NCBI GenBank assembly: GCA_964016885.1
Contig: OZ024743.1
Location: forward strand, 377,890,001-377,954,000
Direction of reading: 5' to 3'
Length of the DNA: 64,000 nucleotides
DNA from: Eledone cirrhosa
Taxonomy: Eukaryota
A program made the position numbers and the translations under genes. Numbering within the stretch: position 1 is the stretch's first letter; every line of letters starts with the position of its first letter. Below the pieces are notes generated by a model that saw nothing but the letters and a program-made list of their open reading frames with translations, was not told the DNA's origin and searched no databases. Below are positions 26,295 to 36,400 of this stretch, piece after piece.

Positions 26295-27858
26295 TATCAT
26301 CATCATGATCATCGTTTAACATCCATCTTCTACGCTAGCATGGGTTAGACGGTTTTGTTCCATTTGATGCAGGAATGGTCGGGAGACCATGTCTCGCTTG
26401 CACGGAAGCATCTCTGGCAGTTTTTTTTTACAGCCGGATGCCCTTCCTAACACCAACCACATTTACAGTGTGGACTGGGAGCCTTTTCACTGTGTTTCCT
26501 ACATGGCCACCTTACAGTGTGAACTGTTGTGTCATCGGCACAGTGGATGGAACGGGAGAGGGAGGATGGAGTAGGGTGTACATTGGGTTAAGAGGTGCCT
26601 ATTGAGTGTAGGTTTGTATGCGATGGTAGTCGGGTCTTCTGTACAACTGCATGGCGCCAAAGGTCTCGATCCAGTGTCATTGTCTTAGAGAAGTGTAGGT
26701 GGGCAAGGTCAGTTTTTATCACCTCGTCTACCCACTCTGCAGCTTCCATCAATTTTCATTGTCCTGCACTTTTTTATACAGCTGTCGTCCTTCATATGCA
26801 TCACATGTCCATACCAATGCAATCTCCTCTCCAGAACACAACATTTGATACCTCTTATGCTTAGTCTCCTTAATTCGTTTATGCTTCGCCTTTTGCGCAC
26901 ATTACTATTACTCATCCATCGGAGCATGCAAGCTTCATTTCTTTCTAATCTATGCAGGTCTTCAGCACACAATACCCAAGTCTCATTACCATGAAATATC
27001 GCTGTTCGTATACATGTATCATACAATCTGCCTTTCATTTTTAGAGAAAAACCCCTTCTGGCCAACAGCGGTATTAGCTCTCTGAACTTTTTCCATTCCA
27101 TTCTAACTCTGGCTACTACACTTTCAAAGTACCCTCCTCCACTGCTGCTTTTGTCAACCAGGTAATGGAAGGTGTCTACTATTTCTATAGAACCATCTGG
27201 GCAGTTGAAGGAGATATCATCCAGTGGGTCCTTGCTATTTACTGCACCTGAGCATCGGCCACATATAAAATCTACATTCTTAGATAGCTTACATCTACAT
27301 ATTTTATGTACCCATAGTTTGCATTTGGGACATAGAATGGAGTTTCTGCCTACTCCTTTCTTACACACTGAGCATGGCCATTTCCCAGAAGGTACCTGTG
27401 CCCTATTCTCCTTTCTACATACTAGAACCTTAGTCTTAGACAAGTTGACTCTAATGTCTTTTGATTCAAGGCCATGCTTCCATGGTTGGAACTTCCTCAC
27501 TAGTTCAGCCATGAATTCAGCTATGAGAGTTAGATCATCGGCATATAGAAGTTCCCATGGGCAGCCAGTCTTAAACCCCTGTGTTATAGCCTGTAGGACA
27601 ATAATAAACAGGAGGGGGATAAGAACGGAGCCCTGGTGAACCCTTACTATTACGCTAAATTCATCGTTAATTCTAACCTTGCTGACTGTTCCTCTATACA
27701 TGGCTTGTATAGCTCTCGCAAGCCATTCTTCCACTCATAGTTTTCTAAGAGCCCACCAGATTAAGGTGCGTGGGACTCTGTCAAAGGCCTTCTCCAGGTC
27801 AACAAAAGCTAAGTAGAGGAGTTTACTGTTAGCTAGGTACTTCTCCTGTAATTACCGT
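26295..27858 (-). mobile_element. 5'-truncated RTE-clade LINE, same family
   Basis: 341-aa ORF 26709..27734 with HQGSVL and LYADDL; upstream AFVDLEKAFDRVP; (CAT)n tail on the plus strand. Confidence 0.9.
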
Positions 27859-28106
27859 ACATATATATAAAGTTAACTGAAGAGAAATTGGCAATCAACT
27901 TTTATATATCATCTGAATTTGTCATAAGTATGTAGGTATGTGTGTGTCTGTATGTATATATATATATATATATATATGTATGAATGAAGTAAATCCAAAT
28001 TCAATAAACAGACCAGGATTTTTTCATTTTGAGGATTGAAAGCAAAATTTTTTGCTTTTAAGAAACCACTGGTAAATGGAATAATTGCCTTATGTTGTTT
28101 ATTACA

Positions 28107-28151
<45 letters not shown>

Positions 28152-29403
28152 CACCTGATGATTCTGAAAGTCTTTACTGCTGCATATATGTTGCAGTGTA
28201 ATAGATTCCAATGTAAGAGAAGATAATATCCTTCGAGAAAAATTAAACATTCAATAATAAACATCTGGTTGCTTAACTATTACTTTATCATGAAGAAAGT
28301 ATCAAGGAATATTTTATGTCGAAATTAGAAGGAAATTAGAATATATATTCTTGCATTAAAAAATATGAGTTTCAAGGCTATATATTTTGAAATGGGTTAT
28401 AGGCAACCCCGATTCTTTTAGAATAATTTAAATTCTTTGCAATATTTTTAGACAACGGTTAACGGTTTAATAAAACACAGATGTTTTAAAAGTGGCTTAA
28501 AATAAATCTTTTTCGGTTTGCATCATCACCACTAATTTTATCTTCACTGATAATTCGTGTATGTATTTAGTTATTCTTCAACCCCAAATAGGCTTGGAAC
28601 TAGCAGACCTTAATAACCAAAGGCGTTCCAGCCGTAACCATCCCGTTTTTTTTTTGTATATTTAAGACTATATTGTGCAACGTGTCCTTTGATTTTTCGA
28701 GACTTTGGGTATAATTCGAGGAATATTTGGCTTCTACTTCTAGCAAGTTGAGCCACTACGAAAATGATCACTCATCTATTTGTGTACGTAACATACACAC
28801 ACCATACACATATTTATCTATCTACACCAACAAATTTATTGTTTGCTTCTATTGTAATGTCCTCTTTTTTGCCCTTGTAGAAAATAAAACCAAATCACCA
28901 TCACCATTACCATCATCATTAATAGATTTCCTTCTGTAAATTTTCGATAACAGAAATGTAGTATTACAAATACCTCGTGAGCCCCGAGGAAACTTATGTA
29001 AATCAATATGTACAATGTATATTCTACGATAACAAGCACACTATAGTGTCTGTTGCAAAACCTAGTCATTTTTACCATTACCTAACCAATTCTTTCTGAA
29101 ACACCAAAAATTACGAAACTACAAGTGATTATTAAGGTTAACGTGGTAGTAGCCTCTACGTGGTAATTCAATCTGCTAGAAATAAAAGCCAAATCTTCCT
29201 AGATCCCAGTCTACTATCTTATACAGGACACAATGGATAATCTAGTCTTAAATATCCGGAAAAAGAAGAAAAAGACCTAAGAGTCAAGACTGGAATGTTT
29301 TTGATCATAGGTCAGCTCAGCCAGAGTTGACCTGTGGTTAAACAACTTCCAAACGAACAATATATACATATATATATTTATATGCGTGTGATACATTTAT
29401 ATA

Positions 29404-29528
29404 TATATTATAAAGAATCGGGACCCCGACGGCTGAGCTCTTGCCGTTTCAATAGCTAGTTCCAGGCTGGAACTAGCTGTTGAAATGGCAAGAGCTCAGC
29501 CGTCGGGGTCCCGACTCTTTATAATATA
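29404..29528. repeat. 62-bp-arm GC-rich hairpin carrying the 3' half of a hammerhead (GAAACGGC...GCCGTC)
   Basis: Pairing sum 58932, 3 mismatches. Confidence 0.85.
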
Positions 29529-30128
29529 ACCGTACTCTACAACCCCAAGTATCGAGTAATCTGGTGAGTAATGGTCTCGCCAGTTTTAAACCGAATCTCT
29601 CTTGATCATATATATATATATATATATATATCAAGAGAGATTAATACTGAAAATATTACTTTATATAAAGTAATATTTTCAGTATTAACGAATCAAAATA
29701 TAAATTAGGAAGAAGGATAACTAAGCTAAAATGATTTATATTTGATTTGCTCTCAAATCTGTTATGATATAAACTAATATATATTGAATTATATATATCA
29801 TTCAGTTGCATCTCATAAAATCACGATAGATATATATACGTAACAGAGGCAGTAAAGTAGATGAATATTTGTAATAAATTACATATTTTTATATGAAAAC
29901 TTAGAAGAGGATAATTTCTACTTTGATATGAGTCTAATTACCCTAACCGGGTACCAAATTACCATACTTTAGATATATTTTAAAAAAAACAGGTAAAGTG
30001 TAATAATGTAACACACCCACTTCGTCGTCTGCTTATACATATTCAAATTATACCGATGGTTCAAATGTTTTAAGTAATTAATTAAAAATCTGATCAGCTG
30101 GTTTCAGAGATTAAAACAATTAACTTAC

Positions 30129-30300
30129 CTTATGGAAGATCCTGACGAAATATAGTAATTATTCCTTGGAAAGCTGCACAAGAATTAAAGATCAATTAGA
30201 GGGGAATGGCAATGTTAAGTATTAAAGGTTTTACACACGGACAATCAGAAGAGATTTATGACTAAACAACAACGGAACGTAGCACTTAAACTACATCAAA
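30129..30300 (-). other. RAB30: Putative Rab30 non-coding 5'UTR exon (donor end only; upstream boundary unknown)
   Basis: Strong AAG|GTAAGT donor on the minus strand at 30123-30131, near the shared promoter region. Coding exon 1 is preceded by an acceptor. Confidence 0.45.
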
Positions 30301-30338
30301 GCATTAAGATATCTTGCTTTTAATTATCAATAACCGTA

Positions 30339-30403
<65 letters not shown>

Positions 30404-30559
30404 AATGAGCATCACATACATACATGCAAACAAATAATCAGATGTTTATCTTCCCGAAAGAGGTTTAACATGCTATTGAATGACTTTTATAGATATAATG
30501 TAAGATAGAATAAACATTATAGAACGTACATTTAAAAACAATATGTGTGTATATTTATA

Positions 30560-31200
30560 CAAACATATAAAAATGGCGTTATCTTCTCACACTGACAATA
30601 ATTTCAAATAATATTGGCAACAAAACAAAATATCAGAAATTCACGGTGACCAAAAACCGGCAGTAAATTCCGTTAACTTCCGTTTTTTTCAAGCATTCCT
30701 ATATTTGACTATATATTTTTTTATTTCTTTAAAATTAAATTAGAATAAAAATAAAAAGATTTACACCAAAAAATATCTTTTATAATGATGATAATATATA
30801 TAAATATATATGCGTATTTTTTAAATCAAAAACTAATTTTCACACACACACACACACACACATATATATAATTACTATTATTATTATTAACTTTAAAAAT
30901 CGACTGAATTAAATATAAATGTCAATTTAACATAAACTATATACATTTCTTTTTAAAAATTAGAGATAATAAGTAAAGGCAAGAATAAATATCATTTCCA
31001 AGAATTTAATAGCATTTTCTTATATTTTATCTTTATTTGTTAGTTGTTTTTTTTATAATCAGGATATTGCGAATCACGTGTGCAAACAATATTGACCAAT
31101 GAGAATACAGTAATAAGGTGTCTACGTCATTGTCCTGCGTCTAATAGCTGTTACTTGAACTTCTCTCGAAGATGTCGGAGATAGAATAAGCTTTTATAAA
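30560..31200. promoter_or_regulatory. Putative bidirectional promoter region between Rab30 and PCF11
   Basis: Local CpG enrichment. YY1-like AAATGGCG (30571), ETS-like ACTTCCG (~30676), E-box CACGTG (31075), CCAAT (31096) and CRE-like TACGTCA (31123). Confidence 0.5.
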
Positions 31201-31254
31201 GTGAACAGAGTATTGCTAGAAAATAATTTCAGGCAGGAAGGTTTTTCTTTTTTT

Positions 31255-31315
<61 letters not shown>

Positions 31316-31413
31316 TATATATATATATTTTCCAATACATACTTTTATGGAGCAATTCTGAGCTATAATCCTCTCCTATATCAAACAGAAGATAACTAGA
31401 CTATATATAATAC

Positions 31414-31578
31414 ATGAAAATGGCTGATGCCGAAGAAGTGATAGATAGCTACCGTTCGTCTCTTGCTGATTTGACCATTAATAGCAAGCCACTAATCAGT
31501 ATGTTGACCATGCTTGCCGAAGATCATATCCAGTATGCCCAACACATCGTTCAGCTGATCGAGCAGCATTTACAAAAG
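31414..31578 (+). CDS. PCF11: PCF11 exon 1 (CID N-terminal part; ATG 31414 or 31420)
   Basis: ORF 31414; non-consensus donor AAG|GTTTCG. Confidence 0.92.
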
Positions 31579-33406
31579 GTTTCGCTTTCTACATTTTTTT
31601 AGGATTCTATCAATTCGCCATCGGATTTCAATCAATATTGTGTTTCTTTATGTTATTATTCCGCGATATTTTTTTTTCTGTGATCGCCATCTTGAGTTTG
31701 TGAGATTGAAATTTGAGTGCGAAATGAAAGGTTCTCTCATATTCTACTTATAAATATACTTGTTTTATAAATTTTTTTTCAGTATTGTATTGTATTAATT
31801 TTTATTACTTCTTTTTAAATGCGTATGAGTTGTTAATTCAATGGTAATTCCTGATTTAGGTCAGTTAATGTTTGTTAGATGACCTCTAGTAGTTTTCTCC
31901 TTTTTTCCTCCTTTAATGAAACTGTTTTATGATATTTAGTAATCATTAGAGTTTGTAATATTATTAATAGATACAAGACTTTTCTAAATGTTTAGCGTTT
32001 TGAATAAGTGATAATACGACAGAATTGTTAGATGTGGGATGGCGAGTTAATATGAAGACCCAAAATCTAGATTAATCATGAAATCACCAGGAAGTTATTA
32101 TATAAGCATAATATTAATGATTAGTTGAATCGTTTGAATACTATAATAGTGGAAGGTTTATTCACGTCTTTATACTAATTTTTGGTTGAAAACCGCATTT
32201 TACAGAAAAGTTGGCTGTCATTAAGAAAGTATATATAACAAATCTCTTGTATCCATGGTCATTAATGAATTTAATTTGCTCTACTACAAGCTATCTTATA
32301 TGTATTATTATCTTGTCTCATTGTTACCGTTAGTGCGTGTAACATTAAATATTGTTCCTTCATAAATACCTAAATTATTTGACTATTGTTAGAGCATTCC
32401 TCTTTGAAATGTACACTTGAATTTGTATGTGTGTGTGTGTGTATATGTATTTCGATTCTTTATGTAGATATATATATATGTGTATGTGTGTGTGTGTGTG
32501 TATATATATAATCCCGAGTTTAATCGGGAGTAACCACAGTAAGGTACTCAATACGTTAGAATGTCTACAGAATTTAATATAGAAATGGCTTCTATCGGAC
32601 TAGAACTGTTTCGTTCAAAGGAAACTCAGGAAAGCCCCTGATAATATTCTTCGAATGAAATGTTATAGACCTGTAGAAGCCATTTCTATATTAAATTATA
32701 TTTCCTTGTACCTTGCCATATCTATTATTTTGATAGACTTATTGTGTTAGACTATGTAGGGAATGGTTATTATTAATCGCTGCCGCTACTACCTCATCAC
32801 ATCCTTTTTTAGTTTCAAGGACTTCAAGATCGCTTCTTGTTTTTAATGTATAAAATAATTGAATAGTATTGATAAAATAACCTGATTTAAGATTCTTTCA
32901 TTGGTGTCGACGTGATTGTTTAGTTTAATATTGAAATTTATTTGCTAAGTAAGACTTATTAAAATATACTGTTAATTAGCGTTAGTTTATTTTTCATATA
33001 TTAATTTGACTTGTGATTCTATGTAGTTAATATTTTAGTGTTGGTGTAGATATATTTAAATTTAATCGTTCAAATTAACATAGGTAGTTTATGTAGTTTC
33101 GTGTACATGTGGTGTGAATACACGATTTAGTCAGTGAAGTGCAAATAAAGTATATATAAAAAATAATAAAAGTAAAGAAAGGTGCTTTTTCGTTATTACT
33201 CTGTAAAATATTTCATTTTCATTATTACTTTGCAAAAATATTTTCATTTTTGAAATTATTTATCTATTCTTAGTCATTTCCTCTTAACCTATTTTTTCCC
33301 GTCTACAATTGTAGCTGCATTGTTAAACGCTGTCAGACATTAATTCAGTGGTTGGGGTGCCATATGTTTGAATAAATTCAACCGTTTTCATGAACCATTA
33401 CATTTT

Positions 33407-33455
<49 letters not shown>

Positions 33456-36400
33456 GAAAATGTATAAAGGTTCATGAAAACGGTCATATATATATTATAT
33501 AATAAGTTTGTTTTTTTAAATTATATTTATAATGGTTTCTTTTATTAATAAGCTATTAAATAATGACGAAATAGTCCAGAGAATAAAAACTAATAATTAC
33601 TTTGGCTATTGGGATAAGACCCATACTGTCAGTAATGCATTTGGAAATGTCTTAAAAAACAATTATTCTGCAGCTTTGTTACAAGATGTGTAATCGAGTC
33701 TCCAGCCATCGTTGATATTTTTCTTTCTGGTGTTAATATATGTCATCCATCAACCGTACTTCGTCCGTATTTAAACAATCCTAACTTAGTAAATTAGGTT
33801 GTTTCCAACCCCATCCCTCTCATAGTTTTATAAACTTTTATACGGACGTTAAATTGCTTTCTTTCCGTGTAAGTCTTAGAATTCTTGTATAAACATCCAT
33901 TAACCCAAATTCTGATTGTAAAAATATTTATTTCCGGTATTGCTTAAGAAATTTGCTCAAATTCAGAGAAATTAGTGATGGAAAGCTTTGGAAACTGCTT
34001 CTTTGAGTTGAATACTTTGCAGTTGTCATTTCGAAAGGCAAATAAAAGCGTAAGTTTGAATTAGGATTGAAGAACAATAAAAGCGCACGTATTCAAATCC
34101 AGCCATATGCATGTTTTTTTTTTTTTTTTTTTTTTTATGTCCGTTGCACTTTATATTCTATGTTCACGTGTTAAATTGATATATTGATGCGCTTGCTGGT
34201 TCTGGTTCGGTCTTCCCCTGTCAGGATGAATGGCCAAAATCTACGTGCAGAGCATGAGGTAAGATGAACTTGTCCACAATCCAGGTTCTCTTTGTCATTT
34301 CATTTAACATTGACAATTCAGTATAAACTGATTATTTAGTGATTGAGATCTAGTCATATTCGTTTAAAAATGAAATTATTTTATATCCTTTGTCACCAGT
34401 TAAACCTGTTGATTCCTTTACGGACAGGGTCGGATAGTTTTAGTTGAGTACATTTGGGCCTGTTGATTTAGTTGATGGCGTTTATTTTATTTTTACAATG
34501 TGGATATTAACCATATTTCTAATATAAGACAGTGCCTGTGGTTTTCGGGTCTACAAAATAAGAATGGGTGTGAGTAATAAAAGAAACTATCATTAAGCTG
34601 GTGTTTGGAACATAACTTAAGGTACTTGCATAAAATTATGATGGAGGCTTTTTTTTATATACAAGATATGATCACAACCCTTTAGTCACCAATCATATCA
34701 AAACCGGTTCTGGTTCTATGAAATAAAGTCACCCATTTTAAAGGTTTCCAATTTAAATTAAAATCTATAAGAACCTTACATTAAGTTACTTAGTAATGAA
34801 ATGATTATTTATTTTAGTAAATTCCTCATTGATTAATTAAAATAGAGAGTATTTCATTAGAAATGCAGTTTTGAACGGTTTAAAATAAGCGGTATTGTAT
34901 CAAAAGGTTTACAGCAATTTTTTTTCCCATTTAAATATTCTGACATCTGGTGAGACCTACCAATATATAATCAATGAAGATTTTACATATACAACAATGG
35001 ATTTAATTTCCTTGTTGCTGCATAAAAATTAATCGGCCAATCCCCAAATTTGATGCTAATAATGTAGTTTTAGTATTTTAAATTTAATGGAGGCATGTAA
35101 GTGAAATTATTTGCCTATATTTTGTTGACTTGACATCTTTAGGGTTTTTTTTTTGCTTATTTTAATTATTTCTAATAGAACGTGCAGGTTCAGGGAAATG
35201 GCAGGCAGTCACTACAAAGTGTTTGTTTTGAGTCACTAAAACATCTAGTGTTTGTTTTGAGTCAACTTTGCCTTTCTTCCCTTCTTAAATTGCTGGCCTT
35301 ATGCCAATTTTTTTTAGTTCGTGTTAGGGAAATGTTATCAAACAAAATCAAGAATTACATGTCACCTAAGATTAAACAAGCTTGGGGTGAGCAGGGAATC
35401 TTTCTGTATTTCAATTTATGTGATATTCAGGACACTCAAGGTTTTCTCGTGTTAGTAAATGGTTAGGTGTCAGTAATTCCATGACTGCCATTCTTTGGAA
35501 ATACATAAGAGAAAGTATGTTTCTATTCGATGAAGGATTTTCCTTTGGAACTTCAATTAAATTCTGGTTTTATGTGTATTGTCAGTAAAGTAGTTAATGG
35601 TCATTGATTAGAGTTTATTTTATATAATATATTTCTGTAGCTAAAAGTAATTGGGTGTAAATTTAAGGGTGAAAGTCATGGTTATCTTTTTATGTACATT
35701 TTCCATACTGGCATGAAGTCCAGATATGCATTACTCCACTCTTAGTTAGATAAGAGGTATAAGTCTATTTTTCTCCCCATATATAATGAGTCATGATAGG
35801 CTTTCAAGTTTGTATAGATGATGACTCGATATCGTATATATACATACATTGGTGTATGTTTTTACCAGTTATTTAGAATAATTAATGTTGACCATTACAA
35901 TAACCTGGTGTGGTGGTGAACGATTTGAATTTTTTTTTTTATTCAACATGGACACTGGCTTTGGAATTAATGGGTGGATAGAACCATCAGGTCAAATCTT
36001 CCTTTTGGCAGTGCTATGCAATTTCCACATCCACAAGTTTTCTGGTGTACAGTATACAGAAGACTTGCTCCAGTCAAACGCAGCTTTTTAAATACCTTTA
36101 GCATGATGAAGTACACCCAGTTGATGGTGGGTGGTTAGACTGATCCAACTCGTGCAGAAATTTTCAGGCTTTCCATATTGCACAGCCTCCCCAGTGTTCG
36201 TATGGCAACATACAGTGTAGGACGTATACAATCTTCTGTTGTGTGCAAGATTATGCAGTCAGCCTGGAAAAACTTATGTAAAAAAAAAAGATAATTTTGG
36301 TTGTTCCAAGACTACAAGGAACCTGATTTGTGTTAGCTTGCTGGGAATTATTATTTGCCCGAATCATGGTATAATTAGTTGTATATTAAAAATATCTCTT

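Noticed and set aside
31172-31189. ATG TCG GAG (MSE) as the true PCF11 start, echoing the human N-terminus
   Set aside because: In-frame TAA after five codons and no donor site before it; treated as a uORF.
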